Part shown: positions 1-9,280 of the stretch, one piece after another | How the letters are laid out: each line of letters opens with the position of its first letter | Position numbering within the stretch: position 1 is the first letter of the stretch | Origin: Thermoplasmata archaeon | GTDB lineage: Archaea; Thermoplasmatota; Thermoplasmata; Lutacidiplasmatales; UBA184 | Assembly: GCA_022750115.1 (NCBI GenBank) | Contig: JAKIWI010000001.1 | Location: forward strand, 83,490 to 147,489 | DNA length: 64,000 bases | Direction of reading: 5' to 3' | Made by a program: the position numbers and the translations under genes | Notes under the pieces: model-generated | What the model was told of the DNA's origin: nothing | Databases searched by the model: none | The model's input: only the letters and a program-made list of their open reading frames with translations

Positions 1-59
1 CCGTCGATGTGGACGCGGAGGTTCCACAGGCCGTGCGTCATGGGGTGTTGCGGCCCCAT
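1..59 (-). CDS. nuoD: NADH-quinone oxidoreductase subunit D (49 kDa), N-terminal fragment running off the window edge
   Basis: The reverse translation from an ATG at 59..57 begins MGPQHPMTHGLWNLRVHIDG. That matches the conserved NuoD N-terminal GPQHPxxHGxLRL motif. The gene starts 16 nt downstream of the nuoC stop. Confidence 0.6.
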   Translation of the reverse strand, partial: MGPQHPMTHGLWNLRVHID

Positions 60-72
60 GTTGATCCACATG

Positions 73-549
73 TCAGACATGACGCACCTTCACCTCGAGC
101 TCCTCGGGCTCGTGCAGCTTGAACGCGCGCTGCAGCGGATGGAAATCGTAGCCGTCCGGCATGAGGAGATGCCGGAGGTCCGGGTGGTGGTCGAACCCGA
201 TACCGACGAGCTCCCACGCCTCGCGCTCGTGCCAGTTCGCGGACGGCCAGGTCGACGACGCGGTCTCGATGTGCGGCGCCTTCGCGTCGAGGTCGGCCGA
301 GAGGAGCAGGTAGGTCTTCGCGGTGTCCGACCAGAGCAGGTAGAACACCTCGTAGCGCTCGACCCAATCGATCCCGCCGACCGTCGAGAGGTGCGGGAAG
401 CCGAGGGCGTCGCGGACGATCGGAAACAGGGGGGCGGCAGAATCCGGGGAAAAGCGAACCCGAGCCGCGACCCCCGGGAACGGGTCGACCGAAAGGATAC
501 CGGGGGCGCCGGCACCCGTGAGCTTCGCCCGGACCTCGTCGGCGTCCAT
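73..549 (-). CDS. nuoC: NADH-quinone oxidoreductase subunit C (30 kDa)
   Basis: 158 aa ORF. Family resemblance to NuoC/complex I 30 kDa subunit (..FDHHPDLRHLLMPDGYDFHPLQ..). It sits in a nuoA-B-C-D gene order. Confidence 0.8.
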   Translation of the reverse strand: MDADEVRAKLTGAGAPGILSVDPFPGVAARVRFSPDSAAPLFPIVRDALGFPHLSTVGGIDWVERYEVFYLLWSDTAKTYLLLSADLDAKAPHIETASSTWPSANWHEREAWELVGIGFDHHPDLRHLLMPDGYDFHPLQRAFKLHEPEELEVKVRHV

Positions 550-585
550 CTCCGTCCCCCAGGTCCGGTCCGGCGCGGGCCGGGC

Positions 586-1203
586 CTACGCTCCGCGCTC
601 CCGGATCAGCTCTTCGAGTCGAAGGATTCCGTCGAGCATCGCTTCGGGCCGGGGCGGGCAGCCGGCGATGTACACATCGACGGGGACGAGCTTGTCGACG
701 CCCGGGACCACCGAATAGGCGGTGCGGAACGGTCCGCCGCCGGTCGCACAGTTCCCCATCGCGATCACCCACTTCGGCTCGGGCATCTGCTCGTAGAGGG
801 TGACGAGCTTGTGAGCGACCTTCCAGGTGACCGTCCCGTTGACGATCATCAGGTCGCACTGACGCGGCGAGGAGCGGGGTACGACTCCGAACCGCTCCGC
901 ATCCCAGCGGGCTCCGAACGCGGCGGCGAACTCGATGGCGCAGCAGGCGAGGCCCCAGTGGAGGGGGAACAACGAGTTGCGACCGGCCCAGTTGAAGAGC
1001 GGGCGGATCAGCGTCCCCTCGGCCTGCTCCTTGACGAGCGCGCTGAGCGCCTCCTTCGCCGCCGGCAGGAACTGTTGGGAGCGGAGCGCCTCGATCTCGA
1101 TGAACGAGACGTCGGGCGAAAGGACCGGTAGCTGGCCCCCGGGGCCGACGGCGGGAGCCATCGGCTTCGTCGCCGGGGGCACGGTGGGCTGGGCCGCGCT
1201 CAT
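586..1203 (-). CDS. nuoB: NADH-quinone oxidoreductase subunit B (20 kDa, PSST)
   Basis: An internal Met (MSAAQPTV..) gives a 205 aa protein. It has the CCxxE and GxCxxxGG...CPPRP FeS-cluster N2 motifs typical of NuoB. Its ATG overlaps the nuoA stop (ATGA). Confidence 0.85.
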   Translation of the reverse strand: MSAAQPTVPPATKPMAPAVGPGGQLPVLSPDVSFIEIEALRSQQFLPAAKEALSALVKEQAEGTLIRPLFNWAGRNSLFPLHWGLACCAIEFAAAFGARWDAERFGVVPRSSPRQCDLMIVNGTVTWKVAHKLVTLYEQMPEPKWVIAMGNCATGGGPFRTAYSVVPGVDKLVPVDVYIAGCPPRPEAMLDGILRLEELIRERGA

Positions 1204-1565
1204 ACGACCCACTTCTTCTCGCCCGACAGGGCGTAGTAGATCCCCGCGAGGGCGAGCGCGGTGAAGCCGACCGCGACGAGGATCGGGATCGCCGCGTCGT
1301 TGACGGTCCGGAACGTGAGAGCCCAGAGGGCCAGGACGAACCCGATCACGTCGACCGCGACGAACACGATCGCGAAGGTGTAGTGTTGCGTGGGGAAGTC
1401 GATCTGGGCCTCTCCTTCCGGCTCCTCCCCGCACTCGTACGTCGTGTATTGGAGGTAGGACTTGCGCGACTTGGCGCCGAACATTCGGTTCGCGATGATC
1501 GAACCGACCCCGAACGCGGTGGCGATCGCGCCGAAGACGAGGAACGTATCGATCCCGGCTCCCAT
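1200..1565 (-). CDS. nuoA: NADH-quinone oxidoreductase subunit A
   Basis: 121 aa protein with 3 TM helices and NuoA-like sequence. It is the first gene of the operon. Confidence 0.8.
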   Translation of the reverse strand: MGAGIDTFLVFGAIATAFGVGSIIANRMFGAKSRKSYLQYTTYECGEEPEGEAQIDFPTQHYTFAIVFVAVDVIGFVLALWALTFRTVNDAAIPILVAVGFTALALAGIYYALSGEKKWVV

Positions 1566-1610
1566 CGACCCCTCCTTCGGCTCGCGCTAATCAATCCCAA
1601 CGACCTCGGC

Positions 1611-1622
1611 GCGTTATTTAAG
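1611..1622 (-). promoter_or_regulatory. TATA-like box (GCTTAAATAA on minus strand) for the nuo operon; a GGAGG box lies 5 nt before the nuoA ATG
   Basis: AT-rich octamer in otherwise 70% GC DNA, about 48 nt upstream of the nuoA ATG. A GAAGGAGGGG box lies between them. Confidence 0.4.
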
Positions 1623-1701
1623 CCCTGCCCGACGAGGCGCGGTTCCGAGGAGAAACGGGCCGCCCGGCCACCGTTATCCACGTCTCGGTCACGGTCGGCC
1701 A

Positions 1702-2334
1702 ATGGGCCCTGAGTTCCAGCCTCCGGTCACTCTGGAGGGCGCACGGATCCAGCTCGTCCCGCTCGACCCGGCCCACGCCCCAGCGTTGGTCCCGGTCGCT
1801 GCCGACCGCCAAGTGTTCGAGTTCCTGAGCTACGGCCCGTACGAGGGCGTGGAGGCCGTACGCGGCCACATTCACGAGCTGCTTCGCCGGCAAGCCCTCG
1901 GCACCGACCTCGCGTTCACGGTCGTCCGCCGACGCGACGGGGCGCCGGTCGGGATGACCCGGTACCTGAACATCGAGCGCGAGAACGAGGCGGTCGAGAT
2001 CGGGGGGACCTGGTTCGACCGCCGGTTTTGGCGAGGGCCCTACAACACCGAATCGAAACGTCTCCTCCTCGCCTATGCGTTCGAGGTCGAGCGGGTGCAT
2101 CGCGTCGCGATCCAGACCGACCTACGGAACGAGCGCAGTCAGCGGGCGATCGAACGCATCGGGGGTCGCCGCGAGGGCGTTCTGCGCGAGAACCGGATCG
2201 TCCGAGACGGCTACCGACGGTCGAGCGTCGTCTACTCCATCCTCGCGGAGGAGTGGCCGGAGCTCCGAACGCGGCTCGATGGCTGGATTTCGCGGTCGTG
2301 GGAAGAGCCCGCCGCGACTCCGTCTCGGTCGTGA
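1702..2334 (+). CDS. GNAT family N-acetyltransferase (RimL-like)
   Basis: 210 aa. Shows the acetyl-CoA-binding motif region typical of RimJ/RimL-type GNATs (..RVAIQTDLRNERSQRAIERIGG..). Confidence 0.65.
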   Translation: MGPEFQPPVTLEGARIQLVPLDPAHAPALVPVAADRQVFEFLSYGPYEGVEAVRGHIHELLRRQALGTDLAFTVVRRRDGAPVGMTRYLNIERENEAVEIGGTWFDRRFWRGPYNTESKRLLLAYAFEVERVHRVAIQTDLRNERSQRAIERIGGRREGVLRENRIVRDGYRRSSVVYSILAEEWPELRTRLDGWISRSWEEPAATPSRS

Positions 2335-2382
2335 CCCTCGCGCTGGCGGAAACCCCAGCGATTCGGTCCTCGACTCCGCCCG

Positions 2383-3393
2383 TTACGAGCCGGCTGCCAA
2401 ATCGGAAAACGCCCGGAGTGGGTGTCCGTGGGCGTATCGATACCGCAGCAGTCGCTCGAGGAGCGTCGGACCGTCGGCGGTCCAGTCCCAACTTTGGCTC
2501 AATCGGTCCACGTAGGGGATGTCGTCGAACCCGAGGTATCGGGTCATGCTCTCGTGGGCCCGGATGTCGGCCGCGATGCGCAATCGAGCTTCTCGGTCTC
2601 CGGGCGGGAGCGACTCCTCGTACCGCAGCCGAACCATGCCGTAGCTCCAGATGAAACGGGCCGACCGCGGGCTCAGGGTGGAGAGGCCATTCCGGACCGT
2701 CTCGGCCCCCAGCCGGACTCGGGCGGCGACCGGGGAGAGCGGGCGGAGGGTCCGGGGTCTCACCCCGCCATCGGCGGAGGGGACCGAATCCGACGCCGTG
2801 CCCGGGCCGGCCGACCCGGCCGAGCGAGCTTCCTCCGCGAACGGCCGTTCGTACGACTCGACCCCGACGTACCGGCGCGCACGGCCCCCTCCGGCAGAGT
2901 AGTCGCGAAAGTCGGCGCGATGAACGATCCGCTCGGCCCTCGGAAGGACACGAACCGTCCCTCGAATCCTCGGGTGGGCGTACGCCGGTGCGGCCGGGGC
3001 GTACGCGGCGGTTCGGAAGAGGCGAAGTTGCAGGGTGATGGTGCGCAACTGGGCTTCCCAACGGGGGACGAGGTAGGCATCCTCGGCTCCGAGGGATCGC
3101 AGTCGCGCGAGGAGGGCGTCGGAGACGTCCTCATCGGTGTCCAGTCGAAGGGTCCACTCCGACGACACATGCGCCACGCCGTACGGGTGGAATACGTCGG
3201 CATACCCAGTCGGTAGCACCCGCGAGACGTGAACGGGTACGGCCGTGGGTGCGCTCCCCCGCGTCGCCTCCCACTCGCGTGGGTCGGAGCTGTCGACGAC
3301 CACCACCTCGTCGACCGAACCAGCCAAGGAGCGAATCTGCTCCCATGCGGCGGGGAGGTCGTTCCGAGTGAAGAGCAGGAGCGCGACCCTCAT
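2383..3393 (-). CDS. hypothetical protein, possible nucleotide-diphospho-sugar transferase fold
   Basis: Called from an internal Met (MRVALLLFTRND..VVVVDSS..). The upstream 75 codons of the ORF are Arg-rich low complexity and likely non-coding. Function uncertain. Confidence 0.4.
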   Translation of the reverse strand: MRVALLLFTRNDLPAAWEQIRSLAGSVDEVVVVDSSDPREWEATRGSAPTAVPVHVSRVLPTGYADVFHPYGVAHVSSEWTLRLDTDEDVSDALLARLRSLGAEDAYLVPRWEAQLRTITLQLRLFRTAAYAPAAPAYAHPRIRGTVRVLPRAERIVHRADFRDYSAGGGRARRYVGVESYERPFAEEARSAGSAGPGTASDSVPSADGGVRPRTLRPLSPVAARVRLGAETVRNGLSTLSPRSARFIWSYGMVRLRYEESLPPGDREARLRIAADIRAHESMTRYLGFDDIPYVDRLSQSWDWTADGPTLLERLLRYRYAHGHPLRAFSDLAAGS

Positions 3394-3455
3394 CGGCTTC
3401 GCGCCGAGGGCCCGGTCGGCGGTCGACACCTCGTAGTCCTCCGGCCCGCCCCGGC

Positions 3456-4250
3456 CTAGGTCGGCGGCCGGAACCTGGGGCGGCGCTTCTCTCGGAATGC
3501 CTGAATTCCTTCCGGTAGCTCGGGGCGTCGCGTGGCCTCGACCGCCCCGAGCCGCTCGTCCGCGAGCTGGCGCTCGAGCGGCCCGGAGAAGGCGGAGAGC
3601 AACAGTCGTTTCATCCATCCGTACGCGAACGTCGGACCCTCCGCGAGCTCCCGCGCGCGGGCCCAGGCGCGGTCGGAGAGCGACTCGGCGGAGACTACCT
3701 CGTGAACGAGTCCGAGCTCCCGGGCGTGCGCCGCGGGGATCTTGGCATTGGTGAACAGGAACTCCTGGGCGAGGCCGAGCCCGAGGTAGTGCGGGAGGAA
3801 GTACGTGAGCCCCCCATCGGGGACGGCGCCGAGGGCCGGGAACGCAGGCACGAGGGTCGCGCTGTCCACCGCGATCCGCCAGTCGGCGGCAAGTGCGAGC
3901 GACAGACCGCCTCCGGCGGCCACCCCGGGGAGCGCGGCCACGACGGGTTTCGGCATCCCGACGAGGGTTCGGACCGAGCGTTCCTGTTCTCCCGTGAGGT
4001 CATGAAAGAAGGTCGGGAGGGTGCCCGCGACCCGGGCCTCCTCCATCGCCGCGACGTCGCCGCCGGCGCAGAACGCCCGTCCGGACCCGGTCACGATGAC
4101 GGCCCGGACGGTCCCGTCGTGGGCGACCTCCTCGAGCGCGCGGCGGAACCGCTCGAACGATGGGACATCAAACGCGTTGAGCCGCTCCGGTCGATTCAGA
4201 CGCAGCTCGACGATGGGTCCGTCCCGCCGGAGAAGCAGTGTTTCGGGCAT
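3456..4250 (-). CDS. enoyl-CoA hydratase/isomerase (crotonase family)
   Basis: 264 aa with crotonase signature region (..AVIVTGSGRAFCAGGDVAAMEE..). Confidence 0.8.
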   Translation of the reverse strand: MPETLLLRRDGPIVELRLNRPERLNAFDVPSFERFRRALEEVAHDGTVRAVIVTGSGRAFCAGGDVAAMEEARVAGTLPTFFHDLTGEQERSVRTLVGMPKPVVAALPGVAAGGGLSLALAADWRIAVDSATLVPAFPALGAVPDGGLTYFLPHYLGLGLAQEFLFTNAKIPAAHARELGLVHEVVSAESLSDRAWARARELAEGPTFAYGWMKRLLLSAFSGPLERQLADERLGAVEATRRPELPEGIQAFREKRRPRFRPPT

Positions 4251-4317
4251 GGCGCCCGGGCGACGCTCGCACCGCGATTAAGCCGTTGGCGAAGGAGATC
4301 GGCCCGCCAAGGGCCCC

Positions 4318-4545
4318 CTAGTTCCCGTTCGGGTACAACTCGGAGATGAGGCGGAGCGAGCCCGGCGCAGAGTAGCCCGCCCGCGCGACGATCCGGTCCG
4401 CCGTCACGATCCGCTTGAACCCGACGAACGCATGGGTGACGAAGAACAGGTAGGAGTAGCGTTTCATCGTGAACGCGACGACCGCGCCCTGCGGTTCTAC
4501 GAGCACCTTGACCGTGTGGTGCTCCGAGATCCACTTCCGCCCCAT
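4318..4545 (-). CDS. small hypothetical protein (75 aa)
   Basis: Normal amino-acid composition (MGRKWISEHHTVKVLVEPQGAVVAFTMKRYSYLFFV..), unlike the surrounding Arg-rich spurious frames. It overlaps the 3' end of the upstream gene by about 49 nt in another frame, so it may not be real. Confidence 0.3.
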   Translation of the reverse strand: MGRKWISEHHTVKVLVEPQGAVVAFTMKRYSYLFFVTHAFVGFKRIVTADRIVARAGYSAPGSLRLISELYPNGN

Positions 4546-5882
4546 CGAACCGCCGACGCCGGAGCGACGAGATATAGGCTTCCCGAATTCCCAGCCGCCC
4601 CGATCCCGGGCGGGGAGTGGGCGGCGGGGCTCCCGTCGGATGCGGCGGAGGCCGACCCGGCGTCGAGCGGGACAGGGCTCGGGAGGAACAGCGGGGGTGT
4701 GCGAGGCCCCCCGAACGCGAAGGCGCCGGTCAGCTCGGAGGCTCCCGCGACCCTGGGATTGAGGAACGGGAGCCCCCAGTTCTCGTCCACGAACTTCAGG
4801 AGCGCGGCCGGATCGAGCGGTTCGTCCAGGACGGTGCCCGACGGGGTCCAGGGAGAGAGTACGAGCAGTGGCACCCGGAATCCGTCGCCATCCGGGCCGG
4901 TCACGGGGGGCGTGACCGGGTCCCAGAATCCTCCCGCCTCGTCGAAGAACAGGAAGATCGCCGAAGAACTGCCCACCGGGCTCGCGAAGATCTCGTTGAC
5001 GACGGTCGCGCTCCAGTCGACCCCGAGCGTCACGTTTCCCTGAGGGTGCTCGCTCACGAGCGGGTCGTTCGACGGGTCGATGAAGGTCACGGCCGGGGCA
5101 TGGGAGAGATTCAACTGGTCGGGGAGCGCCCCGACGGGGACGATCCGATGGAGCTCGCACGGACTCGCCGCGATGGACGCGACCAGGTCCGGAGCCAGGT
5201 TCTGCGGAACTCCGGCGTAGTCGTAGGCCCAGCCGATGCCATAGCTCTCGAGTTGGTCAATGATCGTCGTGACGTGGAACGAGCCTCCCGGCGGGGGAGC
5301 GTCTCCGGTCCAGTTCCCGTCGGTGGCCGCGAGGTCGAACACCCGGTTGGGCAGTGTCGGGCCGAGTACTCCCGCGAAAAACCGGTCCGCGAGCGCGTAG
5401 TGGTCGGCGTACGCGCCGTACGGCGCGATGGCCGCAGGTGGGTAGTACCCAACCGCGTCGTTCGGTGCGCTCGCGCCGAGCGCGGACGCTTCGGCGACGA
5501 AGTTGTCGAGTTTCCCGCCGTTCAAGTCCATTATCTCGGCGTCGTGGGAGTGAGGGAGGTCGGGCGTGTTGTCCGCCGTGAGCGGAAACGGGGAGATTCG
5601 CTGAGTCGAGCCGAACGAGACGGGGAAGGACCCCGCGGGCGGGTAGCCGAGCACCCCGGGCCGGTCGCCGAAATAGTTCTCGAAGGCGTGGTTCTCCTTG
5701 ACCAGGAAGAAGACGTGCTGGATCGGCGACCGCGCGGAGGAGGATCCAATCTCCAGCGTGGGGCAGGTTGGCGGAAACTGGCTCGCGTGGATCCCGAGCA
5801 GTCCGGCTGTACCCGCCGCGATGAGGACGGCGAGCACGACGGCGCCCGCACCCTGGTAGCCCGCGCGTTCGTTCTCGATCAT
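4497..5882 (-). CDS. secreted or membrane-anchored phosphoesterase family protein (phospholipase C / acid phosphatase family)
   Basis: Starts at an internal Met (MIENERAGYQGAGAVVLAVLIAAG..) that gives a signal anchor. Conserved phosphoesterase N-terminal block FFLVKENHAFENYFG. Its ATG overlaps the upstream methyltransferase stop (ATGA). Confidence 0.65.
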   Translation of the reverse strand: MIENERAGYQGAGAVVLAVLIAAGTAGLLGIHASQFPPTCPTLEIGSSSARSPIQHVFFLVKENHAFENYFGDRPGVLGYPPAGSFPVSFGSTQRISPFPLTADNTPDLPHSHDAEIMDLNGGKLDNFVAEASALGASAPNDAVGYYPPAAIAPYGAYADHYALADRFFAGVLGPTLPNRVFDLAATDGNWTGDAPPPGGSFHVTTIIDQLESYGIGWAYDYAGVPQNLAPDLVASIAASPCELHRIVPVGALPDQLNLSHAPAVTFIDPSNDPLVSEHPQGNVTLGVDWSATVVNEIFASPVGSSSAIFLFFDEAGGFWDPVTPPVTGPDGDGFRVPLLVLSPWTPSGTVLDEPLDPAALLKFVDENWGLPFLNPRVAGASELTGAFAFGGPRTPPLFLPSPVPLDAGSASAASDGSPAAHSPPGIGAAGNSGSLYLVAPASAVRWGGSGSRSTTRSRCS

Positions 5883-7021
5883 TCCGACCGTCCCGATCTC
5901 TCGAAGACCGCGAGGAACTGATCGGCGAGCTCCACGAACGGCGGGCGCGATGCGACCCGCCGGTCCCACTGGTCGAGCCGGTCCCACCGAACCCCCCATC
6001 TCTCCAACTTCGCGGCGAGGTTGGGAGGGGGCAGGATCAAACCGAGCCCGAACACCGCGCGCAGCTGGAATCGAGTCGCGAATGCGGCCCGGACCTCCCC
6101 GATCGAACGGAGATACACGTCGGTCGAGAATCGATGGGACCCGACGGGCGAGGGTCGCCGGCGGCGCGCGATCGCGCGCCCGGGGTGTCCGCTCAGAGCC
6201 GCGGCGGCTGGCTCGACAAGCGCCCGCCGGTTGAACACACCGGCCACAAAGCGCGCGCCGGGGCGAAGCAGGTATCCTAGGCCATCGACGACCGGCGCGA
6301 GGTCGGGTTCGAGGTTCATCGCCCCGAACGTAGAGAATCCTCCGTCGAACGAACCCGCACCGAACTCGCGGACGAGGGTTCCCACGTCTCGGGCTCTCAA
6401 TTCGCGCGCGGCAAGCGCGTCGCCCAACGAATCGCGCGCGGCATTTTTCTCGAGTTCGTTGAGCATGGCTCGCGAGACATCGATGACGACGACCCGATGG
6501 CCCGCGCGCAACATGGGGATCGTCTCGGCGCCGCTCCCGCCACCGAGTTCGACGAGGCGCCCGGGCCGGGGGAACTCTCCCTGGAGCACCTCGAGTGAAC
6601 GTATCCGAAACCGACGTTCGACCGGGTTGCGATCGAGCCGCGCAGCGTACTCCGGCGCGGCGGAGTCAAACTCCGCCTGGACCCAGCGGCCATACGAGTC
6701 CCCCCGAGCCGAGGCTGCCTCCGGTCGAATTGCGATCAGGGGCCCTGGCGCGCCGAACCAGCGATCCGCCCGCGCAGCGCCCGCTCCGTCCCGGAACCGT
6801 CGGAGGACTCGCTCGCGAACGATCGAGTCGCTCACGAGGGAGGCGGACCCGTCGGTCCGTTCGCCGCTCTGGATCAGCGTGGCGCGACCCGCCCGAAGCA
6901 CCGCTGCGGGCCAGGTCGCCGTCGGCTCCGAGGCCAGGAGGTAGATGTTGGGGGGTTCGGATACGAACCGGAGCCGGACCCGTTCACGATCGGTCCAGAG
7001 CTCCAGCGTCTCATCGGGCAT
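5879..7021 (-). CDS. class I SAM-dependent methyltransferase
   Basis: The six-frame ORF 5879..7738 is a fusion artefact. A real start at Met240 (MPDETLELW..) gives a 380 aa protein with SAM-binding motif I (LVELGGGSGAETIPML) and a DxS post-I motif. Confidence 0.6.
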   Translation of the reverse strand: MPDETLELWTDRERVRLRFVSEPPNIYLLASEPTATWPAAVLRAGRATLIQSGERTDGSASLVSDSIVRERVLRRFRDGAGAARADRWFGAPGPLIAIRPEAASARGDSYGRWVQAEFDSAAPEYAARLDRNPVERRFRIRSLEVLQGEFPRPGRLVELGGGSGAETIPMLRAGHRVVVIDVSRAMLNELEKNAARDSLGDALAARELRARDVGTLVREFGAGSFDGGFSTFGAMNLEPDLAPVVDGLGYLLRPGARFVAGVFNRRALVEPAAAALSGHPGRAIARRRRPSPVGSHRFSTDVYLRSIGEVRAAFATRFQLRAVFGLGLILPPPNLAAKLERWGVRWDRLDQWDRRVASRPPFVELADQFLAVFERSGRSE

Positions 7022-7031
7022 GGCTCGGTGC

Positions 7032-8081
7032 TCATGCGAGAGCGCCCTCGTTCCGACGGCGCGCCCCCTCCGTACTCCCCGACCCGTCGCCCGTCCTGGG
7101 CGGACCAGGGATCCGTTCCGGCGAGTCGCCGCCCGTTCGTAGCTCACCGTCGGGCGGAACGTACGCCGTGCGCCAGACTCCGCTGCGGAGTTCCACCGTC
7201 TGCCCGCACGACCTGCACTCGAACACCCAGTCGGAATCCCCCTGCGGAGCCTCGATCGGCGCGTGGCAGCGCGGACAGGCGAGGATCTCACGGAGCGGAG
7301 GGAGGACTCCACCAATCGGCCCGATCCGGCGCGCGAGCAAGAATCGCGTCGGAAACAGGAAGGAGGCGGGAAAGACCGACGGAGCCCCCGCGGCCGATTC
7401 GCTCGCGAACCAAGGGGCGAATCGCTCGGGCCCTTCGGCGAATTCTCGCACGACCTCGAAACCCGCGGCCCGGACATCGCCGTGAACCTGACGGCGGGTC
7501 GAAACCACGATCGGGAACGGTTCCGGGACGCAGGCGACCGACGCGCGTCGGTCGAACGTGACGCGACCCGGGCGGCCGGCGAGGAACCGTCGGACATCCT
7601 GGTGGAACGTCGCGATCGTCGGCTTCGGGGCGTAGCTGAGCAACAGGAGACCCCCCGGGGCCAGGACGCGTCCGAGCTCGCGGAGGAACGCCGGAGCGTC
7701 GACGATGTGGTGGTGCACCCGTACCGAGACGACAACACGGAATGTCGCGTTCCCGAAGGGGAGATGGAAGAGATTGGCCACGGCGAGCAGCTCGGGCGGC
7801 CGGCCGCGGGTCGCTGCTACCGTGTCGCGTACCGACCCCAATTGCGTGGGGTCGAGGTCCACCCCGACGTACTCTTCCGTCAGCGATGCGAGTGCTCCGG
7901 AGAGTCGGCCGAAACCGGTGCCCGCTTCGAGGAGGCGCGAGCCCCCGCACCCCGCCAAGGCGCTCCGGATCAGTCGTACCTCGAGCCGGGTGACGGCCTC
8001 TCGGCCCGTCCAGAGCTGTCGGAAGTCGAAGCCCTCGTACGAGGTAGCCGTCTCGGCCAGCGGCGCCGCCGACGTCGTCAC
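7032..8081 (-). CDS. class I SAM-dependent methyltransferase with C-terminal Trm112-like zinc ribbon
   Basis: 349 aa. Motif I is LLEAGTGFGRLSG. The C-terminus has a CPRC..x17..CRSC zinc ribbon resembling a Trm112/zinc-ribbon fusion. Confidence 0.6.
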   Translation of the reverse strand: MTTSAAPLAETATSYEGFDFRQLWTGREAVTRLEVRLIRSALAGCGGSRLLEAGTGFGRLSGALASLTEEYVGVDLDPTQLGSVRDTVAATRGRPPELLAVANLFHLPFGNATFRVVVSVRVHHHIVDAPAFLRELGRVLAPGGLLLLSYAPKPTIATFHQDVRRFLAGRPGRVTFDRRASVACVPEPFPIVVSTRRQVHGDVRAAGFEVVREFAEGPERFAPWFASESAAGAPSVFPASFLFPTRFLLARRIGPIGGVLPPLREILACPRCHAPIEAPQGDSDWVFECRSCGQTVELRSGVWRTAYVPPDGELRTGGDSPERIPGPPRTGDGSGSTEGARRRNEGALA

Positions 8082-8165
8082 CTACTCCCAGCGACGGTCT
8101 CCGGGGTATTAATCCCCGGAGCGATTCTTGGCCCTCTCGGCTCGGGGGCGGAGGCCGATCGAACC

Positions 8166-9095
8166 ATGACACAACCCGTTCCGTTCGAGGAGGTGAGTGT
8201 GCTCATCGTCACGCACGAGCGCCCCCAACTCCTCCATGCGCTGCTCGAAAGCCTCGTCCAGCAGGCCGCGAACCGGTGGGCCCGCGTCGTGGTCGTGGAC
8301 GACTCGCACGAACCGTCTCCCGCGAACACGCGGTTTCCCGGCCTCGCGCTCGATTATCAGGTGCTCGCGGAGCGGGTCCACATCACGCGGGCGAAGAACC
8401 TCGGCCTGGCAGCGATCCAATCTCCGTTCGTCCTGATCATCGACGACGACAACACCGTGACCGATTCCACGTTCGAGCGGCCGCTCCGTCGCCTCGCCGA
8501 GGACTCGAAGCTCGGGGCGGTGATGCCCTCGGTGCTGTATCGTGACGTTCCCGACCTGGTCTGGGTCTACGCGACCCCGTTCCTTCGCGGTCGCTGGGGG
8601 TTCGACCTCGTGGGTCGAAACCGCGCTCGCGACCCCGCGCTCGAGGGACGCTCGCTCCCGACCGATGCACTTCCGAACGCGGCGTTCTTCCGGACCACAG
8701 CGCTCCAGTCGGTCAGGGGGTACGACGAGCGGTACCCCGTCAACAGTTCCGCGGACCTGTGCCAGCGCCTCAAGAAGGCGGGCTGGCGGGTCGAGGCCGA
8801 CACCGGCGCCTTCGTGCTGCACGCCGTCGAAGCGCCCGGACGCCCCGGCTACTGGGCCGCCCACACTTCGACGGACCCGGCGAGGACCTACCACGAGACG
8901 CGCGACTGGTTTCGGTTCGAGTACGCCATGCACGCGGGAGACCGGATTCTGACCCTCCGCGCGATCTACCACGCTTCCGGCTGGATCCTACCGCTCCTGT
9001 TGGCGCTCGCGATCCGAAGGGGAGCGAGCCGGAGGGCGACCACCGCGGCTCTCCTCCGAGGGGTCCGTGATGCTGTCCGAGCAAGGGCCGGTTGA
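8166..9095 (+). CDS. glycosyltransferase family 2
   Basis: The ATG at 8166 gives 309 aa. GT-A fold motifs are present (VLIVTHERPQLL..VVVVDDSH..LIIDDDN). Confidence 0.75.
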   Translation: MTQPVPFEEVSVLIVTHERPQLLHALLESLVQQAANRWARVVVVDDSHEPSPANTRFPGLALDYQVLAERVHITRAKNLGLAAIQSPFVLIIDDDNTVTDSTFERPLRRLAEDSKLGAVMPSVLYRDVPDLVWVYATPFLRGRWGFDLVGRNRARDPALEGRSLPTDALPNAAFFRTTALQSVRGYDERYPVNSSADLCQRLKKAGWRVEADTGAFVLHAVEAPGRPGYWAAHTSTDPARTYHETRDWFRFEYAMHAGDRILTLRAIYHASGWILPLLLALAIRRGASRRATTAALLRGVRDAVRARAG

Positions 9096-9270
9096 ACGTG
9101 GCTGTCGGCGGCTTCGATAAGGGCGGCCTGGAAACGGGGCGGCACGACGCGCAGCCCGCCGAGACCGGGGCGCGAAGCGGCGCAACCCCGGCCCCCCCGA
9201 GAGGCCGGGTGCGGCCCGGCGGTCCACGGAACCTGCGGCTTCTTCTCAGATTCGGGAACGGCGAACGCCG

Positions 9271-9280
9271 CCATATATGG
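9271..9280 (+). promoter_or_regulatory. TATA-like box (CCATATATGG)
   Basis: Palindromic AT-rich decamer about 20 nt upstream of the second in-frame ATG of the next gene. The first ATG of the ORF lies inside the TATA element itself, so it is probably not the start. Confidence 0.35.

Noticed and set aside
7-1131. Long + strand ORF (374 aa) and several other Arg/Pro/Gly-rich ORFs of 150-1000 aa, e.g. 41143..44385 +, 22765..24057 -, 25089..26261 -, 11464..13377 -, 1916..3061 -
   Set aside because: They run antisense to, or out of frame with, well-supported genes (nuoB/nuoC, acd, fen and others). Their composition is the Arg/Gly/Pro-dominated bias expected from stop-codon-poor frames in 70% GC DNA. 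None has a recognisable domain.
5879-7738. Single 619 aa ORF that looks like a large fusion protein
   Set aside because: The first 239 residues are Arg/Ser low-complexity. A Met at residue 240 starts a complete 380 aa SAM methyltransferase immediately after the stop of the upstream methyltransferase. It is treated as two genes.
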